Assembly (NCBI GenBank): GCA_964547575.1
Contig: CAZJOH010000002.1
Location: 1-59,329, forward strand
DNA: 59,329 bases
Origin: an uncultured Clostridium sp.
GTDB lineage: Bacteria > Bacillota > Clostridia > Oscillospirales > Acutalibacteraceae
Reading direction: 5' to 3'
The position numbers were made by a program, and so were the translations under genes. The notes below the pieces were generated by a model. The model made no database searches. It worked only from the letters and a program-made list of their open reading frames with translations, and had not been told where the DNA came from. Of the stretch, positions 38,594 through 47,226 are shown in pieces. Each line of letters opens with the position of its first letter. Positions within the stretch are counted from its first letter, which is position 1.

Positions 38594-40816
38594 TTGGTCT
38601 ATCCAAACATTCCTATATTTGATACAGCAATAGAAGCTATAAGAAAAGAAGTGAAAGCGCAACACAATAATAAAGATGATTTTATTGATATTAAAGAAGG
38701 TGTTGTTGTTCGTCAATCAGAGGACACATATATATACCGATTTGCATGTTCAGACACATCTGATTTGCGTAGAGGTCTTGATTGTAAATTATGGATCAAC
38801 GATATGATATATGATGCGGAAGTTTTACAAGTCAAAAAAGATAGAGTTTATATTAAATGTACATTCGTAGGCGATACTGTTGAATTTGCGGAACTTACTT
38901 TTGATTTGACTTTTATACTTTTGGAGCTTATTGAAAGACTTACTGAAATGGAAAAGAAACCGGGGCATGTTTTAAAACAACTGATTTTTAGTGAACCAAA
39001 TAAAAACAGAAAAACGACTGTTTTGTCTTTGGGTCAAATTAATGCTGTTAAAATGGCTCTTGCATTGGTTATAACATTTATTTGGGGACCTCCGGGGACC
39101 GGTAAGACAAAAACGATTGCTGAAATCTGCAGAGAATTCTATCAAGGAGGACTTCGTGTTTTGATTTTGTCTCAGGCGAATAAAGCTGTAGATGAAATAG
39201 TACTTAAATATAAATCTCTTTATAATGACTGGGCAGTAGGAGAAGTGGTTCGGTATGGCAATGCCGAGAATGAAGAGTTGAAAAACGAGAAATTTTTATT
39301 ATCACGAGAACTTGCATTGCTCAATTGTCCTGAATTTCAGCAAAGAAAAGAAGAAATAGAAAAGAGACTAAAAGACGATAATTTATCCGATTATGAAAGA
39401 ATAAGTTTGTCCGAGGAATTGAACATAATAGATAGAAATCTTAAATTTGAAGAAGCGGCTATCGTAAAACAAGCAATTGTTGTTGCAACAACTATTTCCA
39501 AGGCTGTTGTTGATCCGGTTATATTTAAAGAAAATAAATTTGATGTTGTTATTGTAGATGAAGTCAGTATGGTTAATATTCCGCAAATTTTCTTTGCTGC
39601 CGGTTTGGCAGATTCAAAGCTGATTTGTGTAGGAGATTTCAAACAATTAGCAACAATAGCTAAAAGCGAAGATGAGTTTCTGAAAAAAGATATTTTCAAT
39701 TATTGCGGCATTGATGCTGCTTTGGCAAAAGGATATCCGCATGAACATATGTGTATGTTAAACACAGGGTATCGTTGCCATCCGCAAATAACCAAAGTGT
39801 GTTCTGAACATATGTATCACGGTAAGTTAAAGTGCCATGAAAGTGTTGAAAAGAAAGTTGAACATATAACCGATTTGAATCCTGTAAAAGGCGAGCCGAT
39901 TGCCCTTGCTGATATGAACGGACTCGGAGCACTGATGACGGATACGAGGTTAGGGACTCACGGTATCAATATCGCAAGTGCGTTTGTTTCGTTTGCTTTT
40001 GCATTCAGCAATGCTGATTTATGCGAAATCGGAATTATTACGCCATATAAAAATCAGGAGCATTTATATAAGATGATTCTCAAAGATTCAGGTGTTTCAA
40101 GAATACAACTTGAAGCTTCAACAGTTCATAAATATCAAGGGTCTGAAAAGGATTATATAATATTTGATGCTGTTGATACGGTTCCGTTAAAAAAGCCCGG
40201 ACGCCTTTTGAGTGCACAAAATAACGATACTGCTAATCGTTTGGTTAATGTTGCACTGACCAGAGCTAAAGGTAAGTTTGTTTGTGTATCAGATGTAAAC
40301 TTTTTTATGTCATATAAGGATGAAACTCTGCTTTTGCACAAATTGATTGCAGAAAATCAAAACTCAAATAAACATATCCAAAAAGAACAAATTGCAGATG
40401 CTCTTATGAATATCAATACTCCGCATATGAAATTTTTCTATGAAGAAGATGCTCCTCGCAGTTTGTTTGAAGACATAAAAAACGCTCAAAACGAAGTGAT
40501 CGTTTTTATGCCACACGGTGTTTCGGTTCACAAGGAAAATAACAGTGAACTTATAGAAGCATTACACAATAAATCATTTGACAGCATTAATTTAAAAATA
40601 TATCACACACCCGGCGAATTGCCGCCGGAAGGTCTTGGAATATTTGCTTCTGAAAACAAATATTCAAAAGCCCCTCTTATTATCATTGATGAAAAAATCA
40701 TATGGTATGGCGTTGAACTGACAAAGTGCCGCAGAACAACAGGTAAGAAACTTATTGTTCGCTTTAAAGGCAAAAACACAGCAAAATTTTTCAAAGATAA
40801 ACTTATCAAAAACTGA
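38594..40816 (+). CDS. SF1B (DNA2/Upf1-like) helicase with C-terminal PLD-like fold
   Basis: WGPPGTGKT, IVDEVSM, VGDFKQL, YRCHPQI, TVHKYQGSE, NVALTRA; tail PLIIIDEKIIWYG lacks an intact HKD. Confidence 0.88.
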   Translation: MVYPNIPIFDTAIEAIRKEVKAQHNNKDDFIDIKEGVVVRQSEDTYIYRFACSDTSDLRRGLDCKLWINDMIYDAEVLQVKKDRVYIKCTFVGDTVEFAELTFDLTFILLELIERLTEMEKKPGHVLKQLIFSEPNKNRKTTVLSLGQINAVKMALALVITFIWGPPGTGKTKTIAEICREFYQGGLRVLILSQANKAVDEIVLKYKSLYNDWAVGEVVRYGNAENEELKNEKFLLSRELALLNCPEFQQRKEEIEKRLKDDNLSDYERISLSEELNIIDRNLKFEEAAIVKQAIVVATTISKAVVDPVIFKENKFDVVIVDEVSMVNIPQIFFAAGLADSKLICVGDFKQLATIAKSEDEFLKKDIFNYCGIDAALAKGYPHEHMCMLNTGYRCHPQITKVCSEHMYHGKLKCHESVEKKVEHITDLNPVKGEPIALADMNGLGALMTDTRLGTHGINIASAFVSFAFAFSNADLCEIGIITPYKNQEHLYKMILKDSGVSRIQLEASTVHKYQGSEKDYIIFDAVDTVPLKKPGRLLSAQNNDTANRLVNVALTRAKGKFVCVSDVNFFMSYKDETLLLHKLIAENQNSNKHIQKEQIADALMNINTPHMKFFYEEDAPRSLFEDIKNAQNEVIVFMPHGVSVHKENNSELIEALHNKSFDSINLKIYHTPGELPPEGLGIFASENKYSKAPLIIIDEKIIWYGVELTKCRRTTGKKLIVRFKGKNTAKFFKDKLIKN

Positions 40817-41013
40817 TTAAACATATATCTTATTACAAAATATTTGGTATGTTTAGTTTTTTAACTTTACATAGATATGAGGAAAGACGGGCAGATTTGA
40901 TTTCACCCGATTTTAATAAAAGAAAGCTTGCTTTCCACAGAATGAAAATGAAAATAATCCTCTGAAGAGGTAGGATAGAGCGTCCTCGAAAAATACTTAT
41001 GGAGGTATAGACC

Positions 41014-41178
41014 ATGTATGACGGAAAAGAATTCCTCTCTGTGAAAGAATTCTGTGAATACTTCGGTTTTGAAAAACACGCAGTTTACAGATATATCAGA
41101 GACAAGAAAATCTTTGCTGTAAAAATAGGTAAAAGATTTTTTATACCTATGAGCAAGATCTACGACTTGGAATATTAA
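41014..41178 (+). CDS. Excisionase-like HTH protein, 54 aa
   Basis: RBS GGAGG; MYDGKEFLSVKEFCEYFGFEKHAVYRYIRDKKIFAVKIGKRFFIPMSKIYDLEY*; below the ORF-track cutoff. Confidence 0.8.
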   Translation: MYDGKEFLSVKEFCEYFGFEKHAVYRYIRDKKIFAVKIGKRFFIPMSKIYDLEY

Positions 41179-41451
41179 GGCTAATATTCCAATGTTTACG
41201 AAAAGTTCGCAATTCGGCCTCGACAAGAGGTCGGGTTGCGCGCTAAAATCGGAGTGCAACTCCAAAACTGCGGCGAAGGGAACAGAGTTTTGATCACCGT
41301 TTCCGCAGGAGGAAAATAAATTGTGAAGCGGCTGTATGCCATATTTTTAACCCGCAAACAAATAAATCCGAAAGGTACAGCTTTCGCAATGACTAAAACC
41401 GAAGAGGTTGCAAAAAATAGCCATGAAAGTTCAGATGAAAGAGGTTTTCTG

Positions 41452-41607
41452 TTGAACAACAATGGCGCAAAACAGGTAATTTCGAATGAGCTCTGGTTTA
41501 ACTATTTTACCGATACCCTTTATTCGCAAGGGTTAATCAAGGCAGAGCAAAAAGCCAAGCTCATGAGCAGAATTGCCGCGAAAAGTAACAGCAAAAACAC
41601 AAATTAA
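41452..41607 (+). CDS. Small SHOCT-like protein, putative recombination directionality factor
   Basis: LWFNYFTDTLYSQGLIKAEQKAKLMSRI directly upstream of the serine recombinase; start codon uncertain. Confidence 0.55.
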   Translation: MNNNGAKQVISNELWFNYFTDTLYSQGLIKAEQKAKLMSRIAAKSNSKNTN

Positions 41608-41724
41608 TGGTGGCTTGAGTGTGCAGCGCTCTGCTGCGCACTCCTTACCAGCATTTACATATCGCAATCGCAGAAGATTGCAATTATAATTAAACCATAC
41701 AAATATTTTTTTAGGAGTGATAAT

Positions 41725-43458
41725 TTGAATATTATCGACAAGCACAAGCTTATCTATGAAGGTAAGAGCATTTTTGACATACACATGCGTGTAACCTTTT
41801 ATGCCCGTGTTTCAAGTGAAAAAGATGAACAGCTCAATTCACTTGAAAACCAGATTTCATACTACGAAAATTTCATTAAAGAAAAAACCAATTGGGAGTA
41901 TGTTGAAGGTTATGTTGACGAGGGTATTTCAGGCAAAAGCACAAAGAAAAGACAAAGCTTTAACAGAATGATAGCAGACGCCAAAAACGGTTTGTTTGAT
42001 TTCATTGTTACAAAAGAAATTTCCCGTTTTGCCCGTAACACAGTTGACAGTTTAAGCTACACCAGAGAGCTTCTTGACTGTGGTGTAGGGGTGTTGTTTC
42101 AGAATGACAACATCAACACATTTGATAAAGACTCTGAACTCAGGCTCGGTATTATGTCAACTATTGCGCAGGACGAGCTCAGAAAGCTTTCCGAAAGAGT
42201 AAAATTCGGTCACGCACAGGCTATTGAAAAGGGCGTTGTTCTCGGTAACAGCAGAATTTTCGGCTATGACAAGCTTAAAAAACGTCTTGTTATCAATCCT
42301 GATGAAGCTCCGATGGTTGTTGAACTTTACGAGCTTTATGCGACAGGCGATTACAGCATGAAACAGATTGAGAATATCTTTTGGAATAAAGGATATCGCA
42401 ACAGAAACGGCAATAAAATCGCACACAGCACTTTGGCTAATATAATCGCAAACCCCAAATACAAGGGTTATTATGTCGGCGGCAAGGTTAAAAATCTTGA
42501 CTTGTTCAGCGAAAAAAGAGAGTTCATTCCCGAAGAGGAATGGACTATGTATAAGGATGAAACAGGTGAAATCGTTCCTGCCATTGTTGATGAAGAACTT
42601 TGGGAAAGAGCTAATTTCATTCTGAAAAAACGCAGCAACGATGTAAAAAACCGTCAGGGTATCTGCAATCACGCAAATCTTCTGACAGGTAAAATTCTAT
42701 GCAAAAACTGCGGTTCACCTTATTACAGAAAAGACAGCGTTGACAAAAGCGGCAACAAAAATTCAAAATGGATTTGCAGCGGCAAAATCAAAAATGGCAA
42801 AGAATACTGTAATTCCTTTGCAATCTATGAAAGCGAAATTAAAAAGGTACTTTATGAAACCTTTAAAGACACAACAGAAGACATCGAAAGAATCATTGAT
42901 GAGTATACACTGATGCTTTGGGATATTATGAAGGATGACGGTCTTGAAAGAGCGCTTGAAAGAGCAGAGGAGCAAAAAGACAAGCTCTACAAGAAAAAAG
43001 CAAAGCTTCTTGATCTTTATGTTGACGAAGCCTATACCGAAGCTGAATTCAAAAAATTGAACGCAAGCAACTCAAAGGAGATTGAAAAGGTTGAGGCTGA
43101 AATTGAAGATTTAAAGAAACAGCTTGAATCCGATGCAGGTTTCAAGGACAGCATTGAAGAAATTAAATCTTCTCTTGTAAGTGCAGCGAAGGTTGCATCC
43201 GAAGGATTAATCACAAAGAATTTCATTGACAAATATGTTGATAAGATATTTGTGAGCGTTGAGGATGACTCTCATGCAAAAATCGAAATCAAGCTTGTAA
43301 CGGGCGAAACAACCGAAAAATATCTGCTCAAACTCAAGGCAAGACAAAGGGCTGAAATTGTTGATATTACTGCGGTTCAGGGCTCTGACATTCAAAACTG
43401 TCGTATGGGTCATACATCTAAGAAGATGATCGAGGCTTATGAAAACGGCATGAAATAA
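41725..43458 (+). CDS. Large serine recombinase (integrase)
   Basis: YARVSS, DEGISG, KEISRFARN, recombinase domain, CKNCG...C...C zinc ribbon, coiled coil. Confidence 0.95.
   Translation: MNIIDKHKLIYEGKSIFDIHMRVTFYARVSSEKDEQLNSLENQISYYENFIKEKTNWEYVEGYVDEGISGKSTKKRQSFNRMIADAKNGLFDFIVTKEISRFARNTVDSLSYTRELLDCGVGVLFQNDNINTFDKDSELRLGIMSTIAQDELRKLSERVKFGHAQAIEKGVVLGNSRIFGYDKLKKRLVINPDEAPMVVELYELYATGDYSMKQIENIFWNKGYRNRNGNKIAHSTLANIIANPKYKGYYVGGKVKNLDLFSEKREFIPEEEWTMYKDETGEIVPAIVDEELWERANFILKKRSNDVKNRQGICNHANLLTGKILCKNCGSPYYRKDSVDKSGNKNSKWICSGKIKNGKEYCNSFAIYESEIKKVLYETFKDTTEDIERIIDEYTLMLWDIMKDDGLERALERAEEQKDKLYKKKAKLLDLYVDEAYTEAEFKKLNASNSKEIEKVEAEIEDLKKQLESDAGFKDSIEEIKSSLVSAAKVASEGLITKNFIDKYVDKIFVSVEDDSHAKIEIKLVTGETTEKYLLKLKARQRAEIVDITAVQGSDIQNCRMGHTSKKMIEAYENGMK
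43420..43458 (+). other. Putative attR containing the 3' end of an alpha/beta-type SASP gene
   Basis: Last codons KKMIEAYENGMK* resemble the C-terminal helix of clostridial SASPs (...GGxMVKKMIEAYE...). Confidence 0.6.
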
Positions 43459-43473
43459 ATTTTTGTATACAGG

Positions 43474-43505
43474 AAGAACCGTCACGGCATTCGTGGCGGT
43501 TCTTT
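43474..43505 (+). terminator. Intrinsic terminator
   Basis: AAGAACCGTCACG-gcatt-CGTGGCGGTTCTT. Confidence 0.75.
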
Positions 43506-43612
43506 GCTGTGATACACAGAGACTGATAAATGTGTTTCAAACTTGTATTGACCGATGGGAAATCTAATGATATAATATAAAATTGTAATATTCAATTTCA
43601 AGGGAAGCCAAG

Positions 43613-45790
43613 GTGAATAAAATGAGAAAAATAACCAATATTAATGAAAACTGGACTTTTATCAAGGACGGAGAAATCGAGAATGTTTCTCTTCCTCACA
43701 CATGGAATGCGCTTGACGGTCAGGGTGCTTCCGAAAGCTATTACAGAGGCAGATGCGTTTACGAAAAAAACGTTCCCGCCTTTGAGGGCAAATCTTATCT
43801 TGAAATCAACGGCGCAAACACAATCTGCGAGGTTTATGTTAACGGAATTTATCTCGGCAGCCACGAAAACGGCTATGCTATGTTCCGTTTTGATACAACA
43901 GATTTCCTTACAAAAGAGGAAAACAAAATCAGAATCATCGTTGACAACAGCGAGAATGAATATGTATATCCCCAGATGGCGGACTTTACCTTCTACGGCG
44001 GAATTTACAGAGATGTCAACATCATCAGCGGCGTTGCACCGTCGCATTTTGCGCTGCTTGACATGAGCCTTTGCGGTATGTATATCACTCCGAAGGCAGA
44101 CGGCAGAGTTTTTGTAAAGAGTGTTATTGAGGGTGTCTGCGAGGGTCTTACAAAGGAATTTGTTATTACCGACGCAGAGGGCAACGAGGTTGCAAAGGAA
44201 GAAATTCCTGCCGATAAGGATGCTGTTAAGCTCTTTGTTGAGAATCATATTCTCTGGGACGGCGTGGAGAATCCCTATCTTTACACAATGACTGCAAGAC
44301 TTAAAAAGGACGGCGAGGTTATCGATGAGGTAAGCGACCGTTTCGGCTTCCGTGAATTCTGTTTTGATAATGAAAAGGGCTTCTTCCTCAACGGAAAGCA
44401 TGTTAAGATGAAGGGTGTTTCAAGACATCAGGACAGAGAAGGTCTCGGAAACGCACTTACATATAACGAACATAAGGAAGATATTGAAATAATCAAGGAA
44501 GTCGGTGCAAACTCAATTCGTCTTGCTCACTATCAGCATGACGAAAAGTTCTATGACCTCTGCGATGAATACGGCTTCCTTGTATGGGCGGAAATTCCCG
44601 TTATCTCGAATTTCAGCAAGAAAAAGCAGGAGCAGGCAAAATTCATGCTTGAAGAGCTTATCAGGCAGAATTATAACCATCCCTCAATCTATTGCTGGAG
44701 CGTTGCGAATGAGGTTTCAATCAACAGCGCAGCTCCCGGTCTTGTAAACGGAATCAGCGAGCTTAACAATATCGCTCATGCTCTTGACTCAACAAGACCT
44801 ACCGTTACCGCACAGCTTACAATGGTCGGTATTAACTCAAAGCTCAATGAAATCCCCGATATTCTCGGCTATAACCACTATTTCGGCTGGTATATGCAGA
44901 CTGTTGAGGGTATTGACAAGTGGCTCGATAATTTCCACGAAAAGAAGCCTCATATCAAGCTTTGCATCTCCGAATACGGCGCAGAGGGTATGCCCAATCT
45001 CCATGCTGCAAATCCCGCTCAGGGCGACTACACAGAAGATTACCAGGCATATTACCATGAGCATTATGTCAAGGCTATCAACGAGCGTGACTGGCTCTGG
45101 GGTTCATATGTGTGGAATATGTTTGACTTCGGCTCGGCAATCCGTAACGAGGGCGGCGTAAGAGGCAGAAACAATAAGGGTCTTGTTACCTTTGACCGCA
45201 AAATCAAAAAAGACGCATTCTATGTATATAAAGCACATTGGTCGGACGAGAAGTTCGTTCATATCGCAGGCGAAAGATTTGTTGACAGACCTACGGGAGA
45301 GCAGAAAATCAAGGTTTATTCAAACTGCGATAGCGTAACTCTTACCGTAAACGGCGAAAAGACAGAGCTTACGGGCGATAAGGTTTTCGTTTTCGATGCA
45401 GTTATCAAAGAGGGCGAAAACGTTATCACCGCAAAGTCGGGCAAATGCACTCATAAGATTACCGTTAACGGCACGGATATTCCCAATCCCTCTTATGCTC
45501 TTCCTGACGGCTGCGAAAGCTTCGTAAGAAACTGGTTCTCCGCAAGCGACGATATCAACCCCGATAATCTTTCACTTGAGGATAATGTGGGCGATATACT
45601 CTTTAACAGCGAGGTTCAGCGCCTTATCAAGAACCATGCAAATATCACTATTGACAGCAATATGCCCCTGCTTAAGCCTGTCGGCAAAATCCCTCTTAAG
45701 CCTATAAGCAAAATTGCTTCAAAGCTTGGTGCAGGCGAAATTATCTCAATGGCAAATCAGTTCCTGCAGACAATCGAAAAGGATAAATAA
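43613..45790 (+). CDS. Glycoside hydrolase family 2 (beta-galactosidase-like)
   Basis: LPHTWN, DFTFYGGIYR, GVSRHQD, IRLAHY, WSVANE, SEYGA. Confidence 0.92.
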   Translation: MNKMRKITNINENWTFIKDGEIENVSLPHTWNALDGQGASESYYRGRCVYEKNVPAFEGKSYLEINGANTICEVYVNGIYLGSHENGYAMFRFDTTDFLTKEENKIRIIVDNSENEYVYPQMADFTFYGGIYRDVNIISGVAPSHFALLDMSLCGMYITPKADGRVFVKSVIEGVCEGLTKEFVITDAEGNEVAKEEIPADKDAVKLFVENHILWDGVENPYLYTMTARLKKDGEVIDEVSDRFGFREFCFDNEKGFFLNGKHVKMKGVSRHQDREGLGNALTYNEHKEDIEIIKEVGANSIRLAHYQHDEKFYDLCDEYGFLVWAEIPVISNFSKKKQEQAKFMLEELIRQNYNHPSIYCWSVANEVSINSAAPGLVNGISELNNIAHALDSTRPTVTAQLTMVGINSKLNEIPDILGYNHYFGWYMQTVEGIDKWLDNFHEKKPHIKLCISEYGAEGMPNLHAANPAQGDYTEDYQAYYHEHYVKAINERDWLWGSYVWNMFDFGSAIRNEGGVRGRNNKGLVTFDRKIKKDAFYVYKAHWSDEKFVHIAGERFVDRPTGEQKIKVYSNCDSVTLTVNGEKTELTGDKVFVFDAVIKEGENVITAKSGKCTHKITVNGTDIPNPSYALPDGCESFVRNWFSASDDINPDNLSLEDNVGDILFNSEVQRLIKNHANITIDSNMPLLKPVGKIPLKPISKIASKLGAGEIISMANQFLQTIEKDK

Positions 45791-45804
45791 TCAAGCATCA
45801 AATA

Positions 45805-45841
45805 CCCCCGAAATTTTGGAAAAAGCCCAAAATTTCGGGGG
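45805..45841. terminator. Bidirectional terminator
   Basis: CCCCCGAAATTTTGG...CCAAAATTTCGGGGG between convergent genes. Confidence 0.8.
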
Positions 45842-45853
45842 CGTTGTTAATAT

Positions 45854-47098
45854 TTAAAGATAAGCTTTAACATTTTTATCGTAGTGTCCGGTATCCTGAA
45901 AACCGTTTTCGGTGCGGATGCATTCGCCCCATTTGCGTGCGATTTCCTCATAGCTGTCCGTGCGCACGTTTGCTCTGTGGAAGCCGTCTTTGCTGCCCCT
46001 TAAGCACCAGTCGGATTCCCACATGCCGTGTCCGGTAGCCTTGTATGTCCAGAGAAACCAGCTGTAGTTTGCATTGTTAAGGGTATTGAAGCAGTTTTTC
46101 CAGGTGGTTTGCTGATGCGGATAGAATTCGCCCATCATCATGGGAACATCGGCATAGATAAACTTTGTAAACCATGCAAAAAGGTTGAAAATGAAGTTGG
46201 AATTGTTGTAGAAATGAACCTGAAAAACAACATTGTCCCAGCCCTTAAGCCATGCTTGCGGAAGTGCGATTGCAGTCCAGATGCATTCCATGGTGATGAT
46301 ATGCTTATCGTCAACTTTGCGGACGGTATCATAAAGACGGGTGTAAATCATTTCGTTGTTGACTCTGCGCTCTGTTTCGCCTGCGTCAACATCACACATA
46401 GGCTCGTTGAGAAGGTCATACATTGCAACGGCAGGCTCGTCTTTGTAACGGCTTGCGATAGCAGTCCAGAGTTCATCGGTAAGTTCTCTGTATCTTTCGC
46501 CCTGCTCGGTATCGTCATAAAGACCGCACTCGCCCTTTTTGCCGTTATGAGGAGCATCGCTCTGATATCCTACTGCGCCGTGCATATCAAGAACAACATA
46601 GATTTCACGCTCTGCACATTCGCTGACTACCCAGTCAAGACGGGAGAAATCCCATTCGCCGTTTTCGTCAAGAATCTTTCTGCCGTTATCATCATAATAG
46701 AAATTTCTGAACCAGAACGGAACACGCACGCAGTTGAAGCCCATCGACTTTATTTCGTCAAGGTCATATTCCGTTATCCAGTTATCCATATAGATATCCA
46801 TGAGCTCATAAGCTTTTTCTTCGCCGAAACGCTCGGTGAGAATTTCAAGCACGGTGTAGTGGTCGAGGCTCTCTTCATAGGGGCAGAGCCAGTCCTCCCA
46901 GATCATCCATGCGCCAAGGTTAACGCCTTTGAGCTGAACCTTTTCACCCTTTTGATTAATGATATCCTGACCTTTTGTTACAAGAAAATCCTCTTCGGTA
47001 AAGCCTGTTACTCCGCTTTCGGCGAAAGCAATGCCGCAAACGGAAAATACGGTTATCACCGCAAGAATAAGAGATATTGCTCTTTTAAATGCTTTCAC
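45854..47098 (-). CDS. Secreted glycoside hydrolase family 5
   Basis: GVNLGAW, GFNCVRVPF, LDMHG, LLNEP, HFY, MGEF; signal peptide; GTG start after AAAGGAG. Confidence 0.9.
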   Translation of the reverse strand: MKAFKRAISLILAVITVFSVCGIAFAESGVTGFTEEDFLVTKGQDIINQKGEKVQLKGVNLGAWMIWEDWLCPYEESLDHYTVLEILTERFGEEKAYELMDIYMDNWITEYDLDEIKSMGFNCVRVPFWFRNFYYDDNGRKILDENGEWDFSRLDWVVSECAEREIYVVLDMHGAVGYQSDAPHNGKKGECGLYDDTEQGERYRELTDELWTAIASRYKDEPAVAMYDLLNEPMCDVDAGETERRVNNEMIYTRLYDTVRKVDDKHIITMECIWTAIALPQAWLKGWDNVVFQVHFYNNSNFIFNLFAWFTKFIYADVPMMMGEFYPHQQTTWKNCFNTLNNANYSWFLWTYKATGHGMWESDWCLRGSKDGFHRANVRTDSYEEIARKWGECIRTENGFQDTGHYDKNVKAYL

Positions 47099-47226
47099 AA
47101 TCAATTCTCCTTTCGGTTTTTCGAATTGATTATACTCTATATCCCCGATAAAATCAAACATATTTGAAAGTATTGACGAATTGTCCCATTTAAGATATTA
47201 TATTAGATATCAAACAGAAGTGAGGA

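Larger units (their letters stand above)
1..43458. mobile_element. Serine-recombinase-integrated genomic island with P4-type replicon and defence/DNA-repair cargo (left end not found in window)
   Basis: Terminal serine recombinase with Xis-like and RDF-like genes and primase; abrupt switch to housekeeping and CAZyme genes after 43.5 kb; no capsid or T4SS genes seen. Confidence 0.8.

Noticed and set aside
22470..40816. BREX or DISARM assignment
   Set aside because: No PglZ, BrxC, DrmA or DrmB (DUF1998) motifs recognised.
46028..47167. 379-aa plus-strand ORF, and similar long shadow ORFs such as 1339-2136, 43598-44401 and 50688-51344
   Set aside because: They lie antisense to well-supported genes and have no recognisable motifs.
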